Assembly: GCA_050174015.1 (NCBI GenBank)
Contig: JBFXKG010000009.1
Span: 64,001 to 128,000, forward strand
Source of the DNA: Candidatus Krumholzibacteriia bacterium
GTDB taxonomy: Bacteria; Krumholzibacteriota; Krumholzibacteriia; LZORAL124-64-63
Length of the DNA: 64,000 nucleotides
Direction of reading: 5' to 3'
The notes beneath the pieces are model-generated. The model was not told the DNA's origin, searched no databases, and was given only the letters and a program-made list of their open reading frames with translations. The position numbers and the translations under genes were made by a program. Shown in pieces: positions 1-11,380 of this stretch (position 1 is its first letter; each line of letters starts with the position of its first letter).

Positions 1-2604
1 GCGGCTTCCGGCGACAACGGCGGAGTCTGGGTGTTCTACGGCAACGGCGCCGGGTACTGGTCCACCGGACTCCGCCCCACGCTGGCCGGGACCTACAACA
101 GGATCGCCCTGGCCGATCTCGACAACGACACCTGGCTGGACGTGGTCGCCACCAGCGCCGAGTACCTGGGCATCCACACCTGGTACGGGGCCGCGGACAG
201 CACCTGGACCGCGGGAGCCCCCCTGGTCCCCGGCAGTGCTTTCTTCGGCCTGGACGTGGGCGACATCGACAAGGACGGCAACTACGACATCGCGGCCGGC
301 TCGGACCAGTCCGCCATCGGCATCGTGCTCTACCTGGGTGATGGGGCCCGGGACTGGACGCCTCTGGACGGCCCCACCACAACGGGCCGGTTCGGAGACA
401 TTGTCCTGGCCGATCTCAACAACGATCAGCGGCTGGACCTCGCGGCCTCCAACCTCTTCGAGGGGATCAACGTCTGGATCGGCACCAGCGCCCTGAACTG
501 GAACTACTGGTACCATCCGGCCAGCACCAACATCTACAAGGCCATTGACGTCTACGACTTCACCCTCAACGGTTCCCTGGATCTGGCGGGGGCCTCCACC
601 GTCCATGGTCTCGCCCTGTGGGACAACCTGACGCCGGGCCTCTTCCAGGAATACTACGCACTGGATCCCCAGGATCTGGACTTCGGCCGGGTGGCCATCG
701 GCAACTGCGCCCACGAGGACTTCACCCTGACCAACGCCACCGTGGACGACACCCTGCGCAACGTGGTGGTCTACACGACGAACGAGGCCTTCACGGTGGC
801 GGGGGTGGGCAAGGAGGTCGGCCCGTTCGACATGCTGCCCGGAGAAGAGATCGCCCTGAGGGTGACCTATTGTCCCGTGGCGCCGATCACCGAGAACGAG
901 GTGGTCATCGTCCACAGCACCCAGGCGGTGACCCATCTGCGGGTCAAGGGCCAGGGCGTGGACTTCATCGAGCCCATCTGGTCGGTGGATCTCACGGTCG
1001 CCAACGGCCTGGGCGGCGAGGGCAATAGCCGGACCCTGGCCTTCGGGGCGGCCATCGGGGCCACCGACAGCCTGGACGTTCAGAGCGGGGAGATCGGATT
1101 GCCGCCGTTGCCCCCCATCACCGTCTTCGACGCCCGCTTCCAGGTGCCGGGCACCGAGGGATCCCTGATCAACGTCCACGACTACTACAACATCACCGAC
1201 GCCTTCACCTTCCAGTGGCAACCGGGTGACGGGGGGTACCCGGTGACGGTGACCTGGGATCCGGAGGCCCTGCCCTCGGGTACCTTCCTGATCGGTCTGA
1301 CCGAAGGAACCGCCGTGGACATGGCGATGAACGCCGAGTACGTGGCTTCGGCGGGTCCCGACCAGCTGACCATCTGGACCACGGTCCTCAGTTCGCACAC
1401 CTACGACCTGCACCAGGGGTGGCAGCTGGTCTCGCGGCCGATCGCCATGAACACCGACTCGCTTGCCGTTCTGTTCCCTGATGCGACCAGCGCCTTCAAG
1501 TTCGCCGGCAGTTACCTGCAGACCGACCTGATCGCCGCGGGAAAGGGCTACTGGCTCGACATGCCGGCAGCCGACACCGTGGTCCACACCGGAGATCAGG
1601 TGCGGCGCATCGAGCTGTCCCTGCCGGCCGGGTGGAGCCTGGTGGGTGCGCCTTATGACACCTACCTGGTGGCGGACATCGCCCAGAGTCCTCCGGGGGT
1701 GATCCGTTCGGTCTATGGATTCGGCGTGGCGTATGACCTGGCCGACCAGCTGTTGCCGGGCCAGGGCTTCTGGGTGGACATGGTCCAGGCGGGGACCATC
1801 ACCATGGACATGGACGCCTTCAAATCGGCCGGTGGGATCGACCCGGCGTCTGTGTCCATCCCGGCGGCCTGGGAGTTGCCCCTCCAGGTGCTGCCGGGGC
1901 GGAGCGACCCTGCAGAGGCGATCGCGATTTCCTGTGGCGCCGCAGCCGGAGCGGCCGATGGTCTGGATCTCGAAATGGGTGAGCGAGCCCTGCCGCCGGC
2001 CCCTCCCGCCGGGATCTTCGACGTGCGGTTGGCCATTCTCGGCGGTGTCGGTGTTCATCGGGATCTGCGGGATCCAGGGGCTGACCGTTTCACCTACAAC
2101 CTGACCTTCGGGGGGACGCCGGCCAGTTTCCCGGTGCGCCTGGCCTGGGACAGCAGTCTCTTGCCGGCCGGGGCCTCGGCCATCCTGTCGGACGCCGCGG
2201 GGGGCCGTTTGCTCGAGCCGGTGGACATGCTGGGTGCGGGCGAGGCCTTGATCAATGCCAATGCCGCCTTCGCCGGCGGCGTCATCATCACGGTGTGCCT
2301 GGCCGGTGACCAGCCGGATCTGCCTCGGGTGCTGGCCTTGCACGGCAACGTGCCAAACCCGTTCAATCCGCTCACGACCTTCCAGTATGACCTGCCGGAA
2401 CCCGCCCGGATCAGGCTCGAGGTCTTCGATGTGGCCGGGCGGCTGGTCCGCACCCTGGTGACCGGGCAGATGCCCGCGGGTCGCCATGAAGCGGTCTGGG
2501 ACGGGCGCAGCGATTCCGGGGCGGGAGTCGCTTCCGGCAGCTATTTCTACCGTCTTGATACGGGTAGACAGGTGCTGACCCACAAGATGCTGCTCATCAA
2601 GTAG
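1..2604 (+). CDS. Large secreted protein, 5'-truncated: FG-GAP/VCBS repeats, Ig-like (choice-of-anchor D-like) domain, two copies of an unnamed 'GE-x-LPP-x-PP' module, C-terminal FlgD-Ig domain
   Basis: Frame open from base 1; DLDNDTWLD, DIDKDGNYD and DLNNDQRLD repeats; LDFGRVAIG...FTLTN Ig motif; C-terminus PNPFNP...VFDVAGRLVRTL...WDGR...SGSYFYRL...KMLLIK. Confidence 0.8.
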   Translation, partial: AASGDNGGVWVFYGNGAGYWSTGLRPTLAGTYNRIALADLDNDTWLDVVATSAEYLGIHTWYGAADSTWTAGAPLVPGSAFFGLDVGDIDKDGNYDIAAGSDQSAIGIVLYLGDGARDWTPLDGPTTTGRFGDIVLADLNNDQRLDLAASNLFEGINVWIGTSALNWNYWYHPASTNIYKAIDVYDFTLNGSLDLAGASTVHGLALWDNLTPGLFQEYYALDPQDLDFGRVAIGNCAHEDFTLTNATVDDTLRNVVVYTTNEAFTVAGVGKEVGPFDMLPGEEIALRVTYCPVAPITENEVVIVHSTQAVTHLRVKGQGVDFIEPIWSVDLTVANGLGGEGNSRTLAFGAAIGATDSLDVQSGEIGLPPLPPITVFDARFQVPGTEGSLINVHDYYNITDAFTFQWQPGDGGYPVTVTWDPEALPSGTFLIGLTEGTAVDMAMNAEYVASAGPDQLTIWTTVLSSHTYDLHQGWQLVSRPIAMNTDSLAVLFPDATSAFKFAGSYLQTDLIAAGKGYWLDMPAADTVVHTGDQVRRIELSLPAGWSLVGAPYDTYLVADIAQSPPGVIRSVYGFGVAYDLADQLLPGQGFWVDMVQAGTITMDMDAFKSAGGIDPASVSIPAAWELPLQVLPGRSDPAEAIAISCGAAAGAADGLDLEMGERALPPAPPAGIFDVRLAILGGVGVHRDLRDPGADRFTYNLTFGGTPASFPVRLAWDSSLLPAGASAILSDAAGGRLLEPVDMLGAGEALINANAAFAGGVIITVCLAGDQPDLPRVLALHGNVPNPFNPLTTFQYDLPEPARIRLEVFDVAGRLVRTLVTGQMPAGRHEAVWDGRSDSGAGVASGSYFYRLDTGRQVLTHKMLLIK

Positions 2605-2613
2605 GAGGACATC

Positions 2614-4485
2614 ATGGGACGGCACATCCGATCGATCATGACCATGGTGGCGCTGGCGGTCCTTCTGGCCGCCGGCGCCGCAGCCGAGCAGTGGACCACC
2701 GCCTTGACGGTGGAGAATGGATGCGGTGAATCCATCTCCTTGTCCTACGGGATCCATCCCGAGGGAACTGCAGGCCTGGATCCGGCCCTGGGGGAGGTGG
2801 GGCTGCCGCCCTGGCCTCCGACCGCCGTCTTCGAGGCCCGGTTCATCGTCGATGGGCTGGAGGGCCTGGCCCTGGACATCCGGGACGACAGCCGCACCGG
2901 ACGCACCCACCGGATCCAGTGGCAAGCCGGGGGATGCGGCTATCCCGTGGTCCTGCGCTGGGACGCGTCGGCCCTGCCGCCGGCGACCTTCACCATGCAG
3001 GACGGCTACACCGGGACCTTGATCCCTGCGTTCGACATGGCGCAGACCGACAGCCTGGTGATTCCGGCCGGCCAGTCCTACATCAAGCGGGTCGACATCA
3101 CGGTCCTGCCGGGGGAATTGCCTCCCGGCCCACCCGTGATCACCCCGGCCATCCCGGATCAATCCATCTTTGTGGACCAGCGATTCGCCGAGCTGGACCT
3201 GGATGACTTCGTCGATGATCCCGACGATCCGGACGATGACCTTGGCTGGATCCTCATGGGCAGTGGTCCCCCGTGGGTCACCCTCAGCCCTGACCGTATC
3301 CTGGACGCCAGCGCGCCGGAGGGCTGGACGGGCTCGGCGACCTTTACGTTGCGGGTCACTGACCCGGGAGGGCTGCAGGACGAACAGGAATTCAGGCTCG
3401 AGGTCCTGGCCCCCGGGCTGCCGTCGTGGACGATCGGCCTTACGGTGACCAATGGGGGACTTGAGGACGAGGCCCTCGGGGTGGGAATCCACAGGACCGC
3501 CGGCGAGGGAATCGACCAGGACCTGGGGGAGGTGGCCCTGCCGCCATGGCCTCCGACATCGGTTTTCGATGCCCGGTGCCTGTTGCCGGACGGGTTCACT
3601 CATTCCCGATTGGATCTGAGGGGCAGCGTCTCCCAGCCCATCCGGTTCCACATCGAATGGCAGGCCGGAAGCGGCGGCTACCCCGTGACCGTGACCTGGC
3701 CCGCGGATCTGCCGCCGGGGGAATTCAGCATCCGGGACGATATGGGAGGGGCCTTCCTCCCACCCCTGGACATGCGGTCTGCCGGGTCCCTGGTGGTGCC
3801 CGATTCCCTGGCCTTCATCGAAGGAATGGTGATCGAGGTGACTCCGGTCGTGGACACCACGCCCCCGTTCGGCCCCGAGGGTCTGGACGTGAGCGGCTGG
3901 TCCCCCTGGGACCGAGTGACCCTGGACTGGTCGGCCTATCCCTGCACCGAAGAGAATTTTGCCTATTATGAAATCCTCTTCGACACCGAGCTCTTCGCCG
4001 AGGGAGCGACCCATTCCTGGGACTGGTCCGAAGACGGATGGCTCGGCAACCGGGAGACGACATCCACCACGATCACTCTCCCCGGCCCCGCCGACCGTTA
4101 CGTCTTCCGGATCAGGGCCTGGGATGTCTTCGGCAACCCGGGTGACCTCTCACGCTGGTGCATCATCGGGGATGCCTCGGGGGCGCCCTTGTCCTCGGGG
4201 GCGGGCCTCCCAGTTCGGGACTTTTCTTGCGCCCCCAATCCGTTCAATCCGGTCACCGGGATCCGGTTCACCTTGGGCTGTGATTTGCAAGTTCTTGTGG
4301 ATGTTTACGATGCGCGAGGACGGCTGGTCCGCCGTCTAGGGGAAGGGCTCATGAGGGCAGGGCCACAGGTCCTGGCCTGGGATGGCCTCGGTGCCGGGGG
4401 AACGCCCATGCCATCGGGTACCTACTTCTGTCGGGTCGCGGCCGGCAGCCAGGTGACAGTGAAGAAAATGACCCTCTTGAAGTAG
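2614..4485 (+). CDS. Secreted protein with two 'GE-x-LPP-x-PP' modules, a cadherin/Ig-like domain, an FN3-like domain and a C-terminal FlgD-Ig domain
   Basis: AGGAGG SD; signal peptide ending AAA; DLDDFVDDPD...TLRVTDPGGL cadherin-like motif; YVFRIRAWDVFGN; PNPFNP...WDG...KKMTLLK. Confidence 0.8.
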   Translation: MGRHIRSIMTMVALAVLLAAGAAAEQWTTALTVENGCGESISLSYGIHPEGTAGLDPALGEVGLPPWPPTAVFEARFIVDGLEGLALDIRDDSRTGRTHRIQWQAGGCGYPVVLRWDASALPPATFTMQDGYTGTLIPAFDMAQTDSLVIPAGQSYIKRVDITVLPGELPPGPPVITPAIPDQSIFVDQRFAELDLDDFVDDPDDPDDDLGWILMGSGPPWVTLSPDRILDASAPEGWTGSATFTLRVTDPGGLQDEQEFRLEVLAPGLPSWTIGLTVTNGGLEDEALGVGIHRTAGEGIDQDLGEVALPPWPPTSVFDARCLLPDGFTHSRLDLRGSVSQPIRFHIEWQAGSGGYPVTVTWPADLPPGEFSIRDDMGGAFLPPLDMRSAGSLVVPDSLAFIEGMVIEVTPVVDTTPPFGPEGLDVSGWSPWDRVTLDWSAYPCTEENFAYYEILFDTELFAEGATHSWDWSEDGWLGNRETTSTTITLPGPADRYVFRIRAWDVFGNPGDLSRWCIIGDASGAPLSSGAGLPVRDFSCAPNPFNPVTGIRFTLGCDLQVLVDVYDARGRLVRRLGEGLMRAGPQVLAWDGLGAGGTPMPSGTYFCRVAAGSQVTVKKMTLLK

Positions 4486-4609
4486 GGTCCGTTCAAGTCC
4501 CGAGGCCCTCCTCCGGTCAGCTTTCACCGGGGGCGGGTTGGATTCGGGTTATCCCGAATGAAGGGACGAAAGGTCAATTCCAGAGGTCTGGAAAAAATTT
4601 CCACAAATC

Positions 4610-4638
4610 TTGACAAAGCCCCAGCACCCGGTTATAGT
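4610..4638 (+). promoter_or_regulatory. Sigma70-type promoter of the str/ribosomal superoperon
   Basis: TTGACA (4610-4615), 17-nt spacer, TATAGT (4633-4638); AT-rich tract just upstream. Confidence 0.8.
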
Positions 4639-4762
4639 TCCCCGTCCATGACCGCAGCCGGGAAGGCTGCTGTTGTTTTCTGCCGTAAACCGTGAACTAT
4701 CAAGTTCTTTGTTTTGCCCGGCTTGGGACGTTTCCCGCCGGGCCCTGAGCGGGAGAACGACC

Positions 4763-5137
4763 TTGCCTACATTGAGCCAGCTGGTCCGCAAGGGCCGCAA
4801 GCCGATCACCGTCAAGAGCAAGTGCCCTGCCCTGCAGGCCTGTCCCCAGCGCAAGGGCGTCTGCACCCGCGTCTACACCCAGACGCCGAAGAAGCCCAAC
4901 TCGGCGCTGCGGAAGATCGCGCGCGTCCGGCTGACCAACGGCATCGAGGTCACGGCCTACATCCCCGGCGAGGGCCACAACCTGCAGGAGCACAGCATCG
5001 TGCTCGTGCGCGGCGGCCGGGTCAAGGACCTGCCCGGCGTCCGGTACCACATCATCCGTGGCACCCAGGACGCCTCCGGCGTCGACGCCCGGCGCCAGGG
5101 CCGCTCCAAGTACGGGGCCAAGCGTCCCAAGAGCTAG
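4763..5137 (+). CDS. rpsL: 30S ribosomal protein S12
   Basis: TTG start after [17 protein letters not shown]...[11 protein letters not shown]...[11 protein letters not shown]. Confidence 0.98.
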   Translation: MPTLSQLVRKGRKPITVKSKCPALQACPQRKGVCTRVYTQTPKKPNSALRKIARVRLTNGIEVTAYIPGEGHNLQEHSIVLVRGGRVKDLPGVRYHIIRGTQDASGVDARRQGRSKYGAKRPKS

Positions 5138-5258
5138 AGCCGGCGGGCCAGGGAAGGCACGCCTGAAAATTCTGCGCCCGAGGGCGCCCCAGGAACTGGA
5201 TTTTGATGGCCGGCGCCGCCGGCACGACGGCGGGTGAACCGCCCAGGAGTGGAAAGAG

Positions 5259-5729
5259 ATGTCGCGTCGCAGGTCCCCCGAAAAGCGTAGTCTTCCGGCC
5301 GATCCCCGGCACGGTGATGTCATGGTGACCAAGTTCATCAACTACTGCATGAGGGACGGCAAGCGCAGCGTCTCCGAGAAGTCCTTCTACCGGGCCCTGG
5401 AGATCATCAAGGACAAGAGCGGCCAGGAGGGCATCGATGTCTTCCGCGCCGCCCTGAACAACGTGAAGCCCAGTGTGGAAGTGAAGTCCCGGCGCATCGG
5501 CGGTGCGACCTACCAGGTCCCCGTCGAGGTCCGGGCCGAGCGGCGGACCCAGCTGGCCATGCGCTGGCTGATCGGTTTCGCCCGGAGCCGGCCGGAGCAT
5601 ACCTTTGCGGAACGCCTGGCCGCCGAATTCATGATGGCGAGCAAAAACGAAGGACCGTCTATCAAGAAGCGCGAAGACACTCACCGCATGGCTGAAGCGA
5701 ACCGCGCGTTCGCCCACTGCCGCTGGTAA
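5259..5729 (+). CDS. rpsG: 30S ribosomal protein S7
   Basis: MSRRR...[17 protein letters not shown]...[12 protein letters not shown]. Confidence 0.98.
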   Translation: MSRRRSPEKRSLPADPRHGDVMVTKFINYCMRDGKRSVSEKSFYRALEIIKDKSGQEGIDVFRAALNNVKPSVEVKSRRIGGATYQVPVEVRAERRTQLAMRWLIGFARSRPEHTFAERLAAEFMMASKNEGPSIKKREDTHRMAEANRAFAHCRW

Positions 5730-5939
5730 GGGTCCCTCTCGTTCGCCGACAAGCGCTCAGCAGCACACGGACGATTTGGACATTCGCATAGCCTGATCAT
5801 GTCCCGCGAACGGATTCGCGAGGGCTGGAGGCAAGGGAGACGCACTGCCCTTCAGGGGTCATGTGCGCTTTGTTCGGTTGGGTCCGGTCGTGACCCGCGC
5901 CTTCGGGCGCCGGTCGGCCGGTCCGCTGGGAGATGAGTC

Positions 5940-8033
5940 GTGGCCCGCGAGATCGCACTGCAGTCGGTTCGCAACATCGGGATCATGGCTCACATCGACG
6001 CCGGCAAGACCACCACGACCGAGCGGATCCTCTACTACACGGGGAGGGTCCACCGGCCGGGAGACGTGGACGACGGCGCGACCCAGATGGACTACATGGA
6101 GCAAGAGCGGGAACGGGGCATCACCATCATGTCCGCCGCCACGACCTGCTCCTGGAAAGGCCACTGGATCAACATCATCGACACCCCCGGGCACGTCGAT
6201 TTCACCGCCGAGGTGGAGCGCAGCCTGAGGATTCTCGATGGAGCGGTCGCGGTCTTCTGCGGCGTGGGCGGGGTTGAACCCCAGTCCGAAACCGTCTGGA
6301 GGCAGGCGGACCGCTACGGCGTCCCCCGGGTGGCGTTCATCAACAAGATGGACCGGATGGGAGCCGACTTCGGGCGGGCCGTGCAGAGCATGGTCGACCG
6401 CCTGGGGGCCCGGCCCCTGCCGCTGAACCTGCCCATCGGGGCGGAGGACGGCTTCAGGGGGGTCGTGGATCTGCTGGAGATGAGCGCACGGCTCTACCAC
6501 GACGAGGATCTGGGCGCGACCTTCGACACGGTCGCCGTTCCCGGGGAGATGGCGGACGAAGTGGCCGCCGCCCGGGCCGAACTCGTCGAAAAGGTCGCCG
6601 AGGTGGACGAGGAGCTGATGGAGCTCTTCCTGGCCGAGCGGGAGCCGGACCTCGAGCAGCTCAAGGCCGGCATCCGGCGAGCGACCCTGGCCGGGGAACT
6701 GGTTCCGGTCTTCTGCGGGTCGGCCCTGAAGAACAAGGGCGTGCAGAAGCTCCTGGACGGGATCGTGGAGTTCCTTCCCTCGCCCCTCGACCGGCCGGCC
6801 ATCGCGGGCCGCGCCCTGGTCGACAAGCAGCCGGGGGAGAGGACCGAGTCCCGGGCGCCGGCGGACGACGAGCCGTTCAGCGCCCTGGCCTTCAAGATCC
6901 TGGCCGACCCGTTCGCGGGCAGGCTGGCCTTCCTGCGGGTCTACAGCGGATCGCTGGAGGCCGGCAAGGTCGTCCTGAACGTGAACACGGGGAAGAAGGA
7001 GCGGATCCAGCGCCTGCTGCGCATCCACGCGGACAAGCGCGAGGATCTGAAGGAGACCCGGACCGGCGACATCGTCGCCGCGGTGGGGTTCAAGCTGATC
7101 CGCACGGGGGACACCCTGACGGATCTGGAAAGCCCCCTGGTCCTGGATGAAATGACCTTCGCCGAGCCGGTCATCTACATGGCCATCGAGCCGAAGACGA
7201 AGGCCGACCAGGACAAGATGGCCGAAGCCCTGCAGGCCATGGCGGACGAGGATCCCTCCTTCCAGGTGCGGAAGGACCCGGACAGCGGGCAGACCGTGGT
7301 CTGGGGCATGGGGGAGCTGCATCTGGAGATCGTCATCGACCGGATGCGCCGCGAGTACAAGGTCGCCTGCAACGTGGGGCGGCCGCAGGTGGCCTACCGG
7401 GAGACGATCACCCGGGAAGCCGTGGTCCGGGGCGAGTTCGAGCGGGAGCTCGCGGGCAAGTCGAACTTCGCCGCGGTGGAACTGGCCATCGCTCCCGGCA
7501 AGTACGGAACGGGCGTGACCTTCTCGAGCGAGGTCGGCCCCGGGGTGATCCCCCCGGAATTCGTCCCGTTCATCGAGAGTTCGGCCAAGCAGGCCTGCGA
7601 GACGGGAGTGCTGGCCGGATATCCCCTGGTCGATCTGTCCATCAGGCTGGTGGGCGGCAAGTGGATCGACGGGGAGTCGACCGAGATGGGGTTCCGCAAC
7701 GCCGCGACCAGCGCGATCTGGGACGGGGCGAAGAACGCGGACCCGGCCCTGCTGGAGCCCGTCATGGCGGTGGAGGTGACCGCGCCGGCGGAATTCCTCG
7801 GGGATGTGACCGGGCACCTGAACTCCCGCCGCGGGCGGGTGACCGGGATGGAACAGCGGGGTGGCGACCAGATCGTCCTCGCCGAGGTTCCCCTGGTGGA
7901 GATGTTCGGGTACGCCACGCAGCTCCGGTCGTTGACGCAAGGGCGCGGCGTGTTCTCGATGCAGCTGGCCAGGTACGAGAAGGTGCCGGAAAAGGTGGCC
8001 AGGGAGATCACGCGGCTGTACGCAGGAACTTAA
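5940..8033 (+). CDS. fusA: Elongation factor G (divergent, EF-G2-like domain IV)
   Basis: [23 protein letters not shown] motifs; GMGELHLEI; str-operon position. Confidence 0.95.
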   Translation: MAREIALQSVRNIGIMAHIDAGKTTTTERILYYTGRVHRPGDVDDGATQMDYMEQERERGITIMSAATTCSWKGHWINIIDTPGHVDFTAEVERSLRILDGAVAVFCGVGGVEPQSETVWRQADRYGVPRVAFINKMDRMGADFGRAVQSMVDRLGARPLPLNLPIGAEDGFRGVVDLLEMSARLYHDEDLGATFDTVAVPGEMADEVAAARAELVEKVAEVDEELMELFLAEREPDLEQLKAGIRRATLAGELVPVFCGSALKNKGVQKLLDGIVEFLPSPLDRPAIAGRALVDKQPGERTESRAPADDEPFSALAFKILADPFAGRLAFLRVYSGSLEAGKVVLNVNTGKKERIQRLLRIHADKREDLKETRTGDIVAAVGFKLIRTGDTLTDLESPLVLDEMTFAEPVIYMAIEPKTKADQDKMAEALQAMADEDPSFQVRKDPDSGQTVVWGMGELHLEIVIDRMRREYKVACNVGRPQVAYRETITREAVVRGEFERELAGKSNFAAVELAIAPGKYGTGVTFSSEVGPGVIPPEFVPFIESSAKQACETGVLAGYPLVDLSIRLVGGKWIDGESTEMGFRNAATSAIWDGAKNADPALLEPVMAVEVTAPAEFLGDVTGHLNSRRGRVTGMEQRGGDQIVLAEVPLVEMFGYATQLRSLTQGRGVFSMQLARYEKVPEKVAREITRLYAGT

Positions 8034-8112
8034 GCGAGGCGGAGAAATCCCCGGGGCCGGGACGACCCAGATCCGGGCAGGGGAGATCCAACTTTTCAGG
8101 AGGTAGCCAGCA

Positions 8113-9306
<1,194 letters not shown>

Positions 9307-9315
9307 TTCCGGAGA

Positions 9316-9342
9316 GGGGGGCGCGCAAGCGCTCCCCGTTTT
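9316..9342 (+). terminator. Putative intrinsic terminator/attenuator after tuf
   Basis: GGGGGGCGC-GCAA-GCGCTCCCC stem-loop followed by GTTTT. Confidence 0.55.
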
Positions 9343-9428
9343 CAGCAGTCGGGATCCCGCAAGGGTCACGCGACAGGTGAGCAGGCGCCCCCGGGCGACG
9401 CTGGAGTAGCCATCGCGAAGGAGAAGAA

Positions 9429-9737
9429 GTGGCTCGTCAGAAGATCAAGATCAGGTTGAGGGCGTACGATGCGGCAGTGCTGGACCGTTCCGCCGAGGTG
9501 ATCGTCGCCACGGCCCTGAAGACCGGCGCCCTGGTCAGGGGACCGATTCCCCTGCCGACGCGCAAGTCCATCTACACGGTCCTGCGCTCGACCTTCGTGG
9601 ACAAGAAGTCCCGCGAGCAATTCGAGATGAGGGTCCACAAGCGGCTCATCGAAATCGAGAATTCCACGCCCCAGACGACGGAATTCCTCAAGAAGTTGAC
9701 TCTCCCGGCCAGCGTGGACGTCGAGATCAAGGTCTGA
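9429..9737 (+). CDS. rpsJ: 30S ribosomal protein S10
   Basis: [10 protein letters not shown]...GPIPLPT...[16 protein letters not shown]. Confidence 0.98.
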   Translation: MARQKIKIRLRAYDAAVLDRSAEVIVATALKTGALVRGPIPLPTRKSIYTVLRSTFVDKKSREQFEMRVHKRLIEIENSTPQTTEFLKKLTLPASVDVEIKV

Positions 9738-9768
9738 GTCCACTGCGTGGAGCGGATGTAAGGGAGCA

Positions 9769-10395
9769 ATGACAATGATCGGACTGATCGGCAAGAAACT
9801 CGGCATGACCAGGCAGTTCCAGGAGGACGGCCGGAGTGTTCCGGTTACCGTGATCCAGGCCGGCCCCTGCGTGATCACCCAGGTCAAGACCGAGGCGACG
9901 GACGGCTACGCCGCCGTCCAGATTGGGTTCGGCGCCAAGAAGGCCAAGAACACCCCGTTGCCCATGCAGGGGCACTTCCGCAAGGCGGGAACCACTCCCC
10001 TGCGCACCGTCGTGGAGTTCCGGGTCCCCGAAGGCCACTCCTTCAAGGCCGGCGACACCATCGGCGTCTCGATCCTGGCGGAAACCGTCCTGGTCGACGT
10101 GACCGGGACCACCAAGGGACGCGGTTTCGCCGGCAACATCAAGCGCCACGGGCACCACCGCGGCCCCGCGACCCATGGCTCCAAGAACGTGCGGGCCTCC
10201 GGTTCCATCGGCATGCACACGGAGCCCGGTCGGGTGGTTCCCGGCAAGCCCATGCCCGGCCAGCTGGGCAACAAACAGGAGACCAAGAAGAACCTGCAGG
10301 TGATTGCGGTGGACACCGAACGGAACCTGATCCTGGTCAAGGGCAGCGTTCCCGGCCACAAGAACGGTGTCGTCACCATCAGGGCCAGCCGCTGA
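9769..10395 (+). CDS. rplC: 50S ribosomal protein L3
   Basis: GLIGKKLGMT...PVTVI...DGYAAVQIG...KGRGFAG. Confidence 0.98.
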   Translation: MTMIGLIGKKLGMTRQFQEDGRSVPVTVIQAGPCVITQVKTEATDGYAAVQIGFGAKKAKNTPLPMQGHFRKAGTTPLRTVVEFRVPEGHSFKAGDTIGVSILAETVLVDVTGTTKGRGFAGNIKRHGHHRGPATHGSKNVRASGSIGMHTEPGRVVPGKPMPGQLGNKQETKKNLQVIAVDTERNLILVKGSVPGHKNGVVTIRASR

Positions 10396-10439
10396 GAACC
10401 GGCAGGCCGGTTCTACCGGAAGCGAACGAGGTAAAGACA

Positions 10440-11075
10440 ATGGCAACGGCAAAACTCTACAGCGGCTCGGGCGACCAGAAGGGGACGGTGGATCTTCCCG
10501 CCTCCCTCTTCGAGCAGCCCGTCAACCGTCAGGCCCTTTACGAGGCCGTGCGGAACTTCCTGGCCAACCGGCGCCAGGGGACGCACGACACCCAGACAAG
10601 GGCCGAGGTCAGTGCCACCTCGGCCAAGATGTACCGGCAGAAGGGCACCGGTCGGGCCCGCGCCGGGTCGGTGGCCAGCCCCGTGCGGGTCGGCGGCGGC
10701 GTGGCCTTCGGTCCGCATCCGCGCGACTACAGCTACGTGCTGCCGCGGAAGATCAAGCGTGTCGCCCTCAAGAGCGCCCTGTCCGACCGGGCCAACCACG
10801 ACCGCGTCGCCGTGGTCGAGGCCTTGACGGTGGACGCACCGCGCACCCGGCCCATGGCCGCCCTGCTGAAGGCGATGGGCCTGACCGGCCGGCACACGCT
10901 GGTCGTCCTGCCCGCGGGCGGGGCCGGGGACAACCTGTACAAGTCCTTCAGGAACCTCAACGGCGTCAGGGTGCTCCGGGCCGACGAGCTGAACGCCTAC
11001 ACCATCCTGTGGGCCGACAACCTGGTGTTCACGGCCGACGCCCTCGAAGGCGCCGAGGAGGTGTTCGGATCATGA
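10440..11075 (+). CDS. rplD: 50S ribosomal protein L4
   Basis: RRQGTH...RQKGTGRARAGS...GGGVAFGPHPRDY. Confidence 0.98.
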   Translation: MATAKLYSGSGDQKGTVDLPASLFEQPVNRQALYEAVRNFLANRRQGTHDTQTRAEVSATSAKMYRQKGTGRARAGSVASPVRVGGGVAFGPHPRDYSYVLPRKIKRVALKSALSDRANHDRVAVVEALTVDAPRTRPMAALLKAMGLTGRHTLVVLPAGGAGDNLYKSFRNLNGVRVLRADELNAYTILWADNLVFTADALEGAEEVFGS

Positions 11076-11362
11076 AGGACCTCAGCAAGGTCATCAGGAA
11101 GCCCCTGATCACCGAACAGGGCACCGTGATGCGCGAGCTGCACAACCAGTACTACTTCGAAGTCGCGCCCGAGGCCAACAAGCACGAGATCAAGCAGGCG
11201 GTGGAGCATTTCTTCGGGGTCAAGGTGACCCAGGTGCGGACCATGAACTGCCGCGGCAAGATCAAGCGCATGGGCCGGTTCCAGGGCAAGCGGGCCGACT
11301 GGAAGAAGGCCGTCGTGACTTTGGCCAAAGACGATACCATCGATCTGTTCGAGATCGTCTAA
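11072..11362 (+). CDS. rplW: 50S ribosomal protein L23
   Basis: ATGA overlap with rplD; KPLITE...ANKHEIKQAVE...WKKAVVTL. Confidence 0.96.
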   Translation: MKDLSKVIRKPLITEQGTVMRELHNQYYFEVAPEANKHEIKQAVEHFFGVKVTQVRTMNCRGKIKRMGRFQGKRADWKKAVVTLAKDDTIDLFEIV

Positions 11363-11380
11363 GCAGGGGAGCAGGCGAGA

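Noticed and set aside
4486..4560. GTTCAAGTCC tRNA T-loop-like string and small hairpins
   Set aside because: No cloverleaf, anticodon arm or CCA, and no integrase nearby.
4870..5040. Possible streptomycin-resistance changes in S12
   Set aside because: [10 protein letters not shown] and RVKDLPG are wild type.
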